From positions 38,192 through 102,191 of the forward strand of contig CAZTVK010000017.1 in NCBI GenBank assembly GCA_964617195.1: DNA of 64,000 nucleotides, in the 5' to 3' direction. Positions within the stretch are counted from its first letter, which is position 1; every line of letters starts with the position of its first letter. The translations under genes and the position numbers were made by a program. The notes beneath the pieces were generated by a model, which was not told where the DNA came from, ran no database searches, and saw only the letters and a list, made by a program, of their open reading frames with translations. Source of the stretch: an uncultured Methanosarcinales archaeon. GTDB taxonomy: Archaea > Nanobdellota > Nanobdellia > Woesearchaeales > ARS49. Shown here piece after piece: positions 8,036 through 16,915 of this stretch.

Positions 8036-10060
8036 ATGGTTGAGTTCAGAACAGCATATTACGGGCCAATGGACAGGGAATACCACCAGTCCATAACAGA
8101 AGCCCCGCAGCCAATCGCAGCGGAAGAGTCTATTTTCCCTATTTCTCAGCTTGGAGAAACTGTTCCAGAACACGACCCATCTGGCAGGTTCAAAAACATC
8201 ATCCAGACAACACAAGCAGCAATCAGAGGAGGAGCCGGAACATTACAACTCGTCATGATGACACCACCGGAAAGCGCCATCGGCGGAAGACCAAAAGCAT
8301 ACGGCAAAGAAGTCAGAGAAACACTCAAAGAAGTCGCATTGGCAAGCGGCGTTAACATCGCAGGAATAGAAATGCCAACCTCGCTCAACAACCTATCAGG
8401 ATTCGACTACCAACAATTAGTATTCTCAGACGAAAAAAGAAAAATGCACCTAGATGAAGTTAAGGACGCCATAAAGTTTGCGGCAGACGTCGGCAGAGGA
8501 GGCGGAGTAGACCTTGTCTCCTGGGAATTTCCAAGAAGCGTCAATGAAGCCACATGGCAGCCAAAAGATGAAGCAAAACAAAAATTCATGCAGGAAGGAG
8601 AACAAAAAATAGGATGGCTAGTAGACCAAAGAACAGGAAGAACAATACAGTTCAGAAAAGACGAAAAACAACACGTACCATGGAACAAAGACTTCACGCA
8701 AAGAAAACCCAGTCAAGAAGAACTTGAAAAAAACGTACTTCCACTTGAGGCATTCGAATGGAAAGACTTCAAAGAATGGGCAAACTACGCAGACGGCAAA
8801 CTCCGCAAAGGAGTAGACCCATTCACAAGCGAACAACTAAACGACAAAGAAAAAAATGATGTTAAGCAGAGAGTGGATGAAGGAAAGCCGGCAATCACGC
8901 CAGAAGAAGTCTACATACGAGTCCAACTGCAAGGACAAATCAACTCTCTAATGGGTTGGAAAACAACATACTCAGGACACGCTAGTGAAGCATTGGATCA
9001 CAAAAAAAGACTGCAGCAAGGTCTCGAAGAGGGATACAGAGTGCTTCCGAATGGGCAAAGAGGAGAAAGGCTCGACACTCCAGAAAAACGCCAAGAAGTA
9101 GAAGAAGACATAAAGAAGATTGACGCGAGATACCAAGACTACGTGAACACTGCACACGGCCAACAACAACAAGTAGAAGAACTGAAAGAGCGAGTCAGAA
9201 ACCTAAAGCCAATGGAAGACTACGCGCTAGGCAGAAGCACGAGAACATACGCAGAAGCAGGAATAGCCGCCATGCAAGAATACGAAATCGGAAGAGAAAG
9301 AGGCACAGTTACCAAGCCATTGTATGTAGGACCAGAAATCGGCTGGCCTGGCTATTACGGCAGCCACCCGGAAGAATTCATAACCCTTATCAAAAAATCA
9401 CGCGACGAAATGATCAAACTTCTCACAAACCCCATGATAGACGTTCCAGACCCAGTAGCAGGAAAAAAATGGGTGCAAAATCCCTACCGTGACCCGAATG
9501 TCACTCCACAAAAAGCCCAAGAACTCGCAGACAAACACATCAAAGGACTATTCGACACCAGCCACATGGGAATGTGGCTCGCACACTTCAAGCCTCTCAC
9601 AGATGAGAAAACAGGAAGAATAACAGAAACAGAAGAACAACGCATAGAACGCTTCAAAAAAGATTTCTACCTGCCAGCAGTCAAAAAAATAGCAGAAGCA
9701 GGAGTAGTAGGAGGAATCCAACTGGTAGACAGCCAATCAGCAGCACACGGACACCTCCCACCAGGAGAAGGTATCTTCCCAGTAATGGAGACAGCCAAAA
9801 TCTTCAAAGAAAAAGGATTCTCAGGTTTCGTAGTATCAGAAGGACACGAAGAAGAGAAGTTCGGTGAAGGCAGAATCAGAATGAAAACCTGGCAACACGC
9901 CGGAGCAGCAGTAGGATCAGGATACTTCTCAGGACCACCATTACGCTGGGGACAAGTCCAACAAAACTATTTCGGAAAAACCTATTCACCAATGTTCATG
10001 TTCGGAGGCTACGCGCCAAGCAACGAGTTCAAACTCTGGAGCGAAGTACCACTAGAGTAA
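8036..10060 (+). CDS. xylose-isomerase-like TIM-barrel (AP endonuclease 2 superfamily) protein with a large charged insertion
   Basis: Barrel-strand and metal-ligand-like motifs: GAGTLQLVM, NIAGIEM, GVDLVSWEF, LYVGPEIG, GLFDTSHMG, GGIQLVDS...HGHLPPGEGIFPV, FVVSEGHEE. About 250 aa of K/E/Q-rich insertion lies between the halves. TATA at 8002-8009. Confidence 0.6.
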   Translation: MVEFRTAYYGPMDREYHQSITEAPQPIAAEESIFPISQLGETVPEHDPSGRFKNIIQTTQAAIRGGAGTLQLVMMTPPESAIGGRPKAYGKEVRETLKEVALASGVNIAGIEMPTSLNNLSGFDYQQLVFSDEKRKMHLDEVKDAIKFAADVGRGGGVDLVSWEFPRSVNEATWQPKDEAKQKFMQEGEQKIGWLVDQRTGRTIQFRKDEKQHVPWNKDFTQRKPSQEELEKNVLPLEAFEWKDFKEWANYADGKLRKGVDPFTSEQLNDKEKNDVKQRVDEGKPAITPEEVYIRVQLQGQINSLMGWKTTYSGHASEALDHKKRLQQGLEEGYRVLPNGQRGERLDTPEKRQEVEEDIKKIDARYQDYVNTAHGQQQQVEELKERVRNLKPMEDYALGRSTRTYAEAGIAAMQEYEIGRERGTVTKPLYVGPEIGWPGYYGSHPEEFITLIKKSRDEMIKLLTNPMIDVPDPVAGKKWVQNPYRDPNVTPQKAQELADKHIKGLFDTSHMGMWLAHFKPLTDEKTGRITETEEQRIERFKKDFYLPAVKKIAEAGVVGGIQLVDSQSAAHGHLPPGEGIFPVMETAKIFKEKGFSGFVVSEGHEEEKFGEGRIRMKTWQHAGAAVGSGYFSGPPLRWGQVQQNYFGKTYSPMFMFGGYAPSNEFKLWSEVPLE

Positions 10061-10405
10061 CCACTTTTTCATCCACCACTTATCATCAGCAGGACCCTTC
10101 TTACCATACAACTCAAAAATATCGACAACAACCGGAATATCATTCTCATCATAAACTAAAGGCTTTATCTGCTGATTAATACTAGGTGCTTCTCCAATCT
10201 TCACATCCTCAGGCTGATGATAATCGCCCTGAGGAGAACCAGATTCAGCAACATAATCCTGCGCAAAAGCCTGCTGAAGCTCATCTGTATGAGCCTCAAC
10301 AAGAAGTTCCAAGCTTTCTTGGACTACCTTAACTTCCTGCGTTTCAGCATCGGGAGGAGGTTCCTCCAGATTCTTCTCTACCCCTTCTGAAATAAACTCA
10401 ACCAC
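10052..10405 (-). CDS. hypothetical acidic protein
   Basis: 117-aa ORF with a GTG start. Acidic, no motif recognised. Convergent with and overlapping the end of 8036..10060. Confidence 0.3.
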   Translation of the reverse strand: MVEFISEGVEKNLEEPPPDAETQEVKVVQESLELLVEAHTDELQQAFAQDYVAESGSPQGDYHQPEDVKIGEAPSINQQIKPLVYDENDIPVVVDIFELYGKKGPADDKWWMKKWLL

Positions 10406-10415
10406 TTTTTTTAAC

Positions 10416-10964
10416 TCAGTTGTAAATCAATTTCCCGTCATACATGGATTGCCAGACGGCAACAGACAAAAGCTTCACACTATCCTTCTTTTCTCGCGCA
10501 TTAAAATCAACATGCGGTTCAATAAAAGCATTCTTGGATTCATCGCTTTGGCGAGTCTTTGAAGCAATTTCGTGCACGTCCTGCAACAATTCATGATGAT
10601 GCTCACTGTAAATGGCTGTCATGGAAGCACCGATGGTATTGTCCTCGCCATCGCCCATAATCAGCTCATAGTAATTCTTACCAGTATCATACGACGCACT
10701 GCCGTATCCTGTATCAATTGTATAAGAGGTACTTTCGTATGACTCAGGATCGTGCTGCTGTTCAATGACAGGCGAGATAGTTTCAAACTCTTCAGCATTT
10801 CCAACAGGAGTATCCAACAAAGACTCAATCGCCATTTTGATTTCGTCCTCAGTCCGGATAATCGCCTCTAATGTTTTTTCCCCACATAGAATCATTTCAC
10901 ACATCACATTACGCAACTGCTTATTAAAATTTTCGTATATCAAGACCACAAGATGTGGGAACAA
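10416..10964 (-). CDS. hypothetical protein
   Basis: 182-aa ORF, acidic, no recognisable family. Start uncertain (internal Met MCEMIL possible). Confidence 0.4.
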   Translation of the reverse strand: MFPHLVVLIYENFNKQLRNVMCEMILCGEKTLEAIIRTEDEIKMAIESLLDTPVGNAEEFETISPVIEQQHDPESYESTSYTIDTGYGSASYDTGKNYYELIMGDGEDNTIGASMTAIYSEHHHELLQDVHEIASKTRQSDESKNAFIEPHVDFNAREKKDSVKLLSVAVWQSMYDGKLIYN

Positions 10965-11038
10965 AAAACAGCCATTCGACGAGAGCGCAATTTAGTTCAG
11001 CCACGGCTAGTGTTTTCATTGACAAGGAGTTGCGAATA

Positions 11039-11046
11039 TTTAAAAT
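11039..11046 (+). promoter_or_regulatory. TATA box (TTTAAAAT)
   Basis: Centre 26.5 nt upstream of the ATG at 11069. Confidence 0.45.
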
Positions 11047-11068
11047 CGTCAGAAAAGAATGACGGAAT

Positions 11069-11878
11069 ATGCAGTTTAAAGTCCACAGAAAAGAGCATCC
11101 AAACGTGCCTAAATATCAAAGCACGGATTACGACTTCGCTAAACGGTTTGCCGAAGAAATGCACAAAGAACTCGCAGACTTCGTAAAAGCAGTAATTCTC
11201 TTCGGAAGCACAGCGCGAGAAGAAAAACCACTCTACGGAGAAAGAGACATAGACATTCTTGTAATAATAAACGACCTTACGCTCATAATGAGCAATGAAG
11301 TAATACAAGCATACCGCGTGATTACGGAGAACGTAGCATCAAAAACCAGCAAAAGACTCCACATAACCACCCTGAAAATGACCAGCTTCTGGGACTACAC
11401 AAGAAACGGAGACCCCATAGCGATAAATATGCTGCGCGACGGAGTGCCTTTATACGACGCAGGATTCTTCGAACCAGTACAACAACTACTTTTCCAAGGA
11501 AGAATAAGGCCGACAAAAGAAAGCATCTGGACATACTTCGCCAGAGCACCAGCAACCATACACAACGCAGACTGGCACATCCTTCAAGCAACACTTGATT
11601 TATATTGGGCAGTTGTAGACTCAGCACACGCTGCTTTGATGAAAGTCGGAGAAGTACCACCAACACCAGGACATATCGCTGAATTAATAGAAAAAAAACT
11701 GGTCAAACCAGGATACGTATCCAGCAAGTACTCCAGCATGATGGACATGTTCTACAAACTGCAAAAAAAGATAATACACCGAGAAATACAGCTTGTTTTA
11801 GGCAAAGAATTCGACAATTACAAAACACAAGCAGAAGATTTCGTCAAAGTCATGCAGAAAGTCGTAGAACAAAAGTAA
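11069..11878 (+). CDS. nucleotidyltransferase (Pol-beta superfamily) fused to a helical HEPN-like C-terminal domain
   Basis: NTase motif ILFGSTAREE...ERDIDILVI. All-helical C-terminal half as in KNTase-type proteins, with no clear Rx4-6H motif. TATA at 11039-11046. Confidence 0.7.
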   Translation: MQFKVHRKEHPNVPKYQSTDYDFAKRFAEEMHKELADFVKAVILFGSTAREEKPLYGERDIDILVIINDLTLIMSNEVIQAYRVITENVASKTSKRLHITTLKMTSFWDYTRNGDPIAINMLRDGVPLYDAGFFEPVQQLLFQGRIRPTKESIWTYFARAPATIHNADWHILQATLDLYWAVVDSAHAALMKVGEVPPTPGHIAELIEKKLVKPGYVSSKYSSMMDMFYKLQKKIIHREIQLVLGKEFDNYKTQAEDFVKVMQKVVEQK

Positions 11879-11956
11879 TTATATATTTTATATAAAATCA
11901 GAAAGGTTTAAATACTCTCCCACCATTAACTACTATTATTCTGTGGTTGAGGCTTT

Positions 11957-12082
11957 ATGGAAACAAAAATGTTAAAGATGGTGCAGGACCCTTGCTTTGG
12001 CAAGAAATACGAAACACATGAACAGTGTCCAAGCTGCTGGATCAAAAAATCCTGCCTGATTACTTTCAGAAACAGAAAGTAA
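11957..12082 (+). CDS. possible 41-aa Cys-containing small protein
   Basis: ATG..TAA ORF below the track cutoff: METKMLKMVQDPCFGKKYETHEQCPSCWIKKSCLITFRNRK. TTTAAATA box at 11907-11914. No homology assessable. Confidence 0.25.
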   Translation: METKMLKMVQDPCFGKKYETHEQCPSCWIKKSCLITFRNRK

Positions 12083-12083
12083 A

Positions 12084-12911
12084 TCAAGATATAATTACAC
12101 GAAGAGTGGACGTGTAAGTACCCGAGATTGTGCCCACAGGAACTTCTAAGCGAATCTTTGCCTCATACTTCTCACCAGCATCAACAGTAAACTCAGAATC
12201 ATCAATCTCAACAGCACTCTTAGGAATGGTGTGATTCTTGTAATGAAAGTCATTAAACACTAGCTTGATGTCAACCGAGTCAGCGCCATTATTCCTGATT
12301 GTTAACGTAGCCTCTGGATTAAGGTCCAGGAAAGGCGAAATCTCAATAGAGGGCAAAGAAATCGTGACATTAGCGGTCAAAGGAACAGGAATGCCCGGCT
12401 GGAAATCAGCCGCAGCCTCAACAAAATCCTCGCTGTTATCATCAGTATCCTGAGTTCTCAGCAAAGCCCTTCCAGAAGACACAGGCGCAGCAGGCGAGCC
12501 TTCGTACATGTTATTCTCGATATTCGCCTCATCACCCCAGCCAACAGCATCAACAACGCTGCCACCAGAGATTAGCGCTATGCCACTATCAGAATTGCCC
12601 ACAGTGATTTTCTCCTCATAATCAGCAGACTTCCAACTTGAATCATCCTTTAAATCATCCCAGCCTTCATCGGCAATAAGAAATACAGCACCAGGCTGCA
12701 AGACAGTATTATCAGGAATTGTAGCATCAGCATCAGAACTTTCAGTTGACAAAATCCATCCGGAAATGTCAACAGCAGAACTGCCAGAATTTTTGAGTTC
12801 TACAGCCTCCCCGCCGCTTTCAGTCCCAACAGGGTCATACAAGACCTGATTGATAACAACGCCCGCCTGAACAAGCTGTGCGAGCAACAGCATGGTTATG
12901 AGATACTTCAT
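12084..12911 (-). CDS. secreted lamin-tail-domain (LTD) protein
   Basis: Signal peptide MKYLITMLLLAQLVQAG. LTD-like VVINQVLYDPVGTESGGEAVELKNSGSSAVDISGWIL. C-terminal beta-sandwich-like region. ATG at 12911 preferred over the track GTG at 12932 because GGTGA lies 5 nt upstream. Confidence 0.7.
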   Translation of the reverse strand: MKYLITMLLLAQLVQAGVVINQVLYDPVGTESGGEAVELKNSGSSAVDISGWILSTESSDADATIPDNTVLQPGAVFLIADEGWDDLKDDSSWKSADYEEKITVGNSDSGIALISGGSVVDAVGWGDEANIENNMYEGSPAAPVSSGRALLRTQDTDDNSEDFVEAAADFQPGIPVPLTANVTISLPSIEISPFLDLNPEATLTIRNNGADSVDIKLVFNDFHYKNHTIPKSAVEIDDSEFTVDAGEKYEAKIRLEVPVGTISGTYTSTLRVIIS

Positions 12912-13019
12912 GTTTATCACCAAATCTTTCACAAGAAGAACTCCTTAAAGGATGCTGCGCTGGAAAACCCGTAAAGCTTACGGACTGAGCCGTAAAGTTA
13001 ACGAAATTTTAAGAAAACC

Positions 13020-13042
13020 TCGGAAATCCTTCGGATTTCCGA
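13020..13042. repeat. palindromic hairpin, TCGGAAAT family (copy 2)
   Basis: TCGGAAATCC-TTC-GGATTTCCGA, downstream of the stop of 13119..14507 (minus strand). Confidence 0.8.
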
Positions 13043-13048
13043 TGGCGC

Positions 13049-13071
13049 TCGGAAATGCTTTGCATTTCCGA
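13049..13071. repeat. palindromic hairpin, TCGGAAAT family (copy 3)
   Basis: TCGGAAATGC-TTT-GCATTTCCGA, 6 nt after copy 2. Confidence 0.8.
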
Positions 13072-13118
13072 CGATCCGGAAAAAATTAAGAAAATAGAAG
13101 AAAAATATTAAAAAAAAA

Positions 13119-14507
13119 TTAATCGACGCGCTTCTTGCGAGCCATCACGACTACCAAAGCAACAATCGCTGCGGCAATCAAAATGCTCAACACGACAAGC
13201 ACTGCAACATAAGCCTTGCTGTCCGAGAAGCTTGACTGCTTCTTAGGAGCAGCCTGCGCTTGGCCCTGAGGAATAACAGGAGCAGTCTGCGCTACAACAG
13301 CGGTTGTCTGCTTCTTATCACTCATAACAGGCTGTACAGGCTCGTCTGCATCTTCTGAACAATCATTGATGTTCAACTCAACACTGCCAGAATTGCTTGG
13401 AGCAACACTGTCAAAGTAAGTTTTAACATCAACGCGCACAATGCCTTCCTTTGCGCCCTTTGGAACAGGAATGTCAAACGCAACAGAGGTGCTGTCATCC
13501 TTGTCAAGCTCGATGTTCTCAATCTTCTGAGAGAACTGCAAGTCTGCAATGGTTGCTTCAACAACAACATCATCCTCGTCACGCTTACCCTGGTTCAATA
13601 TGTTAACAGTAAGTTTTGAACGAGTCGCATCGCAGTTTGAAACAGCCGCTGGAGAAGCTTCCATGCGCCTGATTTGAAGGTCGTGGCTCAAACGCTCTAT
13701 TTCCAAGCGAACGTCCATTGCTTCACCGTGCAAAGCGCCGTTTTCGTCCTTACCTGTGACTTTGATGTCAATGGTTACAGTTCCGTCATCTGCTTCGTCG
13801 TCAATTTCGACGTCAACAGTGATAGCATCTTCATCATTCGCATCTAAGTCTTCAAGGTCGTCATCTTCGTTAATGTCAATGTCGCCATCGCTTGAATCGA
13901 CAGTTGTGTCGATGTTGTCAAATGCGATGTCGCCAATCTTCTGATTGTTGTTGTCATTGTCGTCAAATTCGTTTTCGACTTCGATTTCAAGAGTACAGTC
14001 ATCGCCTGGCTTCAAGTTCTTGACACGGTCGCCATCGTCTAAACTCTGGCTCTTCGTGTCGCACTCGATGCGGGCTTTCTTTATCTTGAGCTGGTTAACA
14101 GCTTGCATAGTAACATCAGAACTGGCTGAATCAGTAGAACTGCCAACAGTACCTGTTACAGTTACTGTTCCAATCTTAACTTCCTTTTCTTCCAAAGAAG
14201 CAGGATCAACACCTGGGTGGTCGAGTGGAACTGTACCATTCAAAGTGTACTGTGCGCTTGTACTTGCGCCAATGCTTGATGGACCTAAAACTGACAATAC
14301 GTATTTCGTATTTTCAGCTCCGCCACCAAATGAGAATGTGACGCCAGTCATTGCGACTGTGTTATTGTTAGTAACCGTGAACGTTGTTGCAACGTTTTTA
14401 ACACGATCCTGGTTTTCACTGCCGAGTTTCGGACTTCCGACCGAAATTGCACTTGCGCCTATCGCGAAGAGCGCAATCAAAATAACGAATATTGCTAGTT
14501 TTTTCAT
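13119..14507 (-). CDS. acidic cell-surface protein (S-layer/CARDB-like candidate) with signal peptide and C-terminal TM anchor
   Basis: Signal peptide MKKLAIFVILIALFAIGASA, Asp-rich stretch, C-terminal helix AYVAVLVVLSILIAAAIVALVVV followed by RKKR. Paralogous to 19790..22240. Confidence 0.8.
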   Translation of the reverse strand: MKKLAIFVILIALFAIGASAISVGSPKLGSENQDRVKNVATTFTVTNNNTVAMTGVTFSFGGGAENTKYVLSVLGPSSIGASTSAQYTLNGTVPLDHPGVDPASLEEKEVKIGTVTVTGTVGSSTDSASSDVTMQAVNQLKIKKARIECDTKSQSLDDGDRVKNLKPGDDCTLEIEVENEFDDNDNNNQKIGDIAFDNIDTTVDSSDGDIDINEDDDLEDLDANDEDAITVDVEIDDEADDGTVTIDIKVTGKDENGALHGEAMDVRLEIERLSHDLQIRRMEASPAAVSNCDATRSKLTVNILNQGKRDEDDVVVEATIADLQFSQKIENIELDKDDSTSVAFDIPVPKGAKEGIVRVDVKTYFDSVAPSNSGSVELNINDCSEDADEPVQPVMSDKKQTTAVVAQTAPVIPQGQAQAAPKKQSSFSDSKAYVAVLVVLSILIAAAIVALVVVMARKKRVD

Positions 14508-14557
14508 AGTAACTCCACCCCGTATGTGTTGCTATAAGACGATAGAAGAACGGCTCC

Positions 14558-14565
14558 TATTTAAA
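14558..14565 (-). promoter_or_regulatory. TATA box (minus strand AAATGTTTAAATA)
   Basis: About 50 nt upstream of the ATG at 14507, with SD GGGGTGGAG between. Shares 13 identical nt with the box at 16903. Confidence 0.45.
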
Positions 14566-14598
14566 CATTTCGGTTTTGTTAGCATTACAGAGTAGTAA

Positions 14599-15072
14599 TT
14601 ATTTCTTTTTCCGCTTCTGAATCTTCTCAGCTTCCTTAATTATATAGTCGACATCTTCTGTCGCACACTTCAATTCGTCAACTTCCCTTGTAGCCTCTTT
14701 CACATCGCTCTTTTCCAGCTTGTGCACTTTGATATCGTAATTGACCTCTTCTCTTGCTGATTTCGCACCAGCCTTTGACTTTTTAGCAGACGAGATTGAA
14801 TGCTTAGCATCCCTCTGCTCTGCACGAGATTCCTTGTCAAGTTCTTTTCTTGATTTTGCTGAAGACTTCTCTATATCCCCTGCTTCCTTGCTTTGCTCTC
14901 CTGCTTCTTCCTTGATCTCGTTCATTAAAGTTCTAATAGGCTTGCCATTCTCCTGCGCGCTCGCCACTATCTCTCTAGCGCGCTTCAAAGCCTCATCCAT
15001 ACTTGCAGCAAGATGCAATTCCTTCAAAGACTTCGCAATCGCATGAACACGCTCTTTTGTCTTTTCATCCAT
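14599..15072 (-). CDS. hypothetical Lys/Glu-rich coiled-coil protein
   Basis: 157-aa highly charged ORF. No family recognised. Confidence 0.5.
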   Translation of the reverse strand: MDEKTKERVHAIAKSLKELHLAASMDEALKRAREIVASAQENGKPIRTLMNEIKEEAGEQSKEAGDIEKSSAKSRKELDKESRAEQRDAKHSISSAKKSKAGAKSAREEVNYDIKVHKLEKSDVKEATREVDELKCATEDVDYIIKEAEKIQKRKKK

Positions 15073-15121
15073 GTATTATATAGTGCAACAGGAATAGTAT
15101 ATTAAGATTATGTTAGCAAAG

Positions 15122-15129
15122 TAAATAAA
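15122..15129 (+). promoter_or_regulatory. TATA-like box (TAAATAAA)
   Basis: Centre 27.5 nt upstream of the ATG at 15153. Confidence 0.4.
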
Positions 15130-15152
15130 GAGACACCAAATCCCGACGAAAC

Positions 15153-15743
15153 ATGACGACAATCTCACTAATCGGCTCACATGGAACTGGAAAATCAACA
15201 GTATTTGAAGAACTAAAAAGAAAAAGACCTGATTACAAATATTTCTCGTCATCAGTACGCTATATAATGCCAATACTGGGATACAAAAATGCAAGGGAGC
15301 TCACAAAAGAAATAGGCGCCGGCCAGTTCGAACTAATGAACTTGAATTCCTGGGCAGTTATCGACCCAAAACAGAACACATTGTTGAGACCAGAAGATAT
15401 TGTTATCACAGACCGTTCAGCAGTTGACGGTTATGCTTACTTCTTGACCTTGAGAGATAGACCAGCAGATTATGAATTAGGAAACCTAATTAAAAAAATC
15501 GCAAAACACTATGCATCACTTATCACTGGCTTTATCCATTTCCCAACAGGCGTATTTCCACTAAAAGGCGATGAAACAAGGCCAGCAGATGAAAGACTTC
15601 AAAAAAAAGTGGACGAGAACATTCCAAGAGCTTTATACGGGCTCGGAATCCCTGAAAAGAAAGTATGCCACCTAAGAACAACAAGTGTTGATGATCGCGT
15701 AGAAGAAGTTCTAGAGTTCGTGTCAAGATGCAACAGAAAATAA
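15153..15743 (+). CDS. P-loop NTPase/kinase-like protein (AAA_28/NadR-like)
   Basis: Walker A LIGSHGTGKST at the N-terminus and Walker-B-like VITDRS. 196 aa. TATA at 15122-15129. Confidence 0.65.
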   Translation: MTTISLIGSHGTGKSTVFEELKRKRPDYKYFSSSVRYIMPILGYKNARELTKEIGAGQFELMNLNSWAVIDPKQNTLLRPEDIVITDRSAVDGYAYFLTLRDRPADYELGNLIKKIAKHYASLITGFIHFPTGVFPLKGDETRPADERLQKKVDENIPRALYGLGIPEKKVCHLRTTSVDDRVEEVLEFVSRCNRK

Positions 15744-15997
15744 TCGACAAAATATTCAACATTCTCCGAATCGTGCACACATCCCACTGGAAAGCGCCTA
15801 ACTTTGAAGAAGTGGAGAAGGAAATTGCCAGAACTGGCGCGTATATATTTAGAGCAGGCAGTGATCCATGGGTCGCGGAAGTCAAGATAACCGCAAATGC
15901 TGTTTCTTATGAGATAAATGCTGACTTGCCTGAACGAATGAAGAAAAAAGCAGAAGAAATGAAAAAGAAATTTGAAGAACTCAACGCGTCGTCGTAA
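15728..15997 (+). CDS. hypothetical protein
   Basis: 89-aa ORF overlapping the upstream gene by 16 nt. Its last 4 codons overlap the duplicated fragment. Confidence 0.45.
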   Translation: MQQKIIDKIFNILRIVHTSHWKAPNFEEVEKEIARTGAYIFRAGSDPWVAEVKITANAVSYEINADLPERMKKKAEEMKKKFEELNASS

Positions 15998-16112
15998 AAT
16001 TGTCTCCGTCTAAATGAAACGGACGCTTGTCATCATGATCAAGATGACTGAACAACACTTTGCCGATGAACAGGATGTGATCGCCAACCTCTTTCTCTTC
16101 TATTATTTTGCA
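15981..16112 (-). pseudogene. displaced 3-prime fragment of a flavin reductase-like gene (last ~40 codons plus stop)
   Basis: The minus strand encodes IEEKEVGDHILFIGKVLFSHLDHDDKRPFHLDGDNFTTTR*, identical in protein to the C-terminus of 16916..17407. It has no start codon, and an in-frame TAG lies at 16113-16115. Confidence 0.8.
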
Positions 16113-16124
16113 CTAAGGCGTCGG

Positions 16125-16856
16125 TTATGGATTAGTAGTTGATGTTGTTGACGCCATAACAGTTGATGTTGTTGTAGGAGTTGCTGTTGATGTGGTTGTT
16201 GCCATGACAGTTGATGTTGTTGTAGGAGTTGCTGTTGATGTGGTTGTCGCCATAACAGTTGATGTTGTTGTCGTAGTTGTGGTTGTTGTAGTTTCCGTGC
16301 AACAGCTATTGTCAAGAAATGGAGGTTCTTTATATTTGCATGCCTCCGGTGCAGGAATAATGTCTCCAGTATGAATATTATGGCCTCCAAACGTCTTAGG
16401 AGGATTAGGGCCTACAATTTTTTCTGCTATAATAACTTGCATGAGAGCATAACCCCCCAAAGGAGCTCCAGTGTTCGGGTCTGTAGCAGGATATTTATGG
16501 CAGATAAGTGTACGTCTTGATTTACAACAGTTATCTGAGCACCACACCGCAGTATCACCACCACAATCAGCGTCATTAAAGCAACCTATGCTTCCTGGAC
16601 AACGATCATTACTCATACAACAGTAAGGAGCAAAGTTTGCTTTGCACAAGTTTTTGCCTATTTCTGTTTGGTCAGGACCACAAGCATCTTCCTTACAGGT
16701 GCCATGATTCGCATGGCATTGAACAAAATATGCCTCGGGTTCCGAAACTCTTCCAGTAGGCCCTGAAGGTAACTCTGAAAACATTGAAACTATCCCAACA
16801 GCCGCAACCACCAGGATTGCTATAAGAACAATTGCAGATGAACCTTTGCGAACCAT
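16125..16856 (-). CDS. secreted cysteine-rich protein with a Thr-rich tandem-repeat tail
   Basis: N-terminal hydrophobic signal/anchor AIVLIAILVVAAVGIVSMF. About 20 Cys in the central domain. C-terminal repeats of TTTSTATPTTTSTVMA. Own TATA (16903-16910) and SD AGGGGTG. Confidence 0.8.
   Translation of the reverse strand: MVRKGSSAIVLIAILVVAAVGIVSMFSELPSGPTGRVSEPEAYFVQCHANHGTCKEDACGPDQTEIGKNLCKANFAPYCCMSNDRCPGSIGCFNDADCGGDTAVWCSDNCCKSRRTLICHKYPATDPNTGAPLGGYALMQVIIAEKIVGPNPPKTFGGHNIHTGDIIPAPEACKYKEPPFLDNSCCTETTTTTTTTTTSTVMATTTSTATPTTTSTVMATTTSTATPTTTSTVMASTTSTTNP
16131..16290. repeat. 48-bp tandem repeat, about 3 units
   Basis: Units at 16153-16200 and 16201-16248 differ at 3 positions. Partial units flank them. 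The repeat encodes the Thr-rich 16-aa repeat of 16125..16856. Confidence 0.85.
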
Positions 16857-16902
16857 GAAAGCACCCCTTTGAACAAACTTTTAGTATGACATTAATTGTG
16901 AG

Positions 16903-16910
16903 TATTTAAA
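16903..16910 (-). promoter_or_regulatory. TATA box (minus strand AAATGTTTAAATA)
   Basis: About 47 nt upstream of the ATG at 16856, followed by SD AGGGGTG. Lies inside the bracketed cassette. Confidence 0.45.
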
Positions 16911-16915
16911 CATTT

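Noticed and set aside
8546-9296. The charged insertion in the TIM-barrel protein as an intein or mobile insertion
   Set aside because: There are no intein splice-junction residues or endonuclease motifs. The composition (K/E/Q-rich, heptad-like) suggests a helical arm instead.
16103-16390. 95-aa Gln/Leu-rich ORF overlapping the Thr-rich repeat
   Set aside because: It is an alternative frame of the 48-bp tandem repeat inside the real gene 16125..16856. The periodic QQHQLLWRQ sequence is a repeat artefact.
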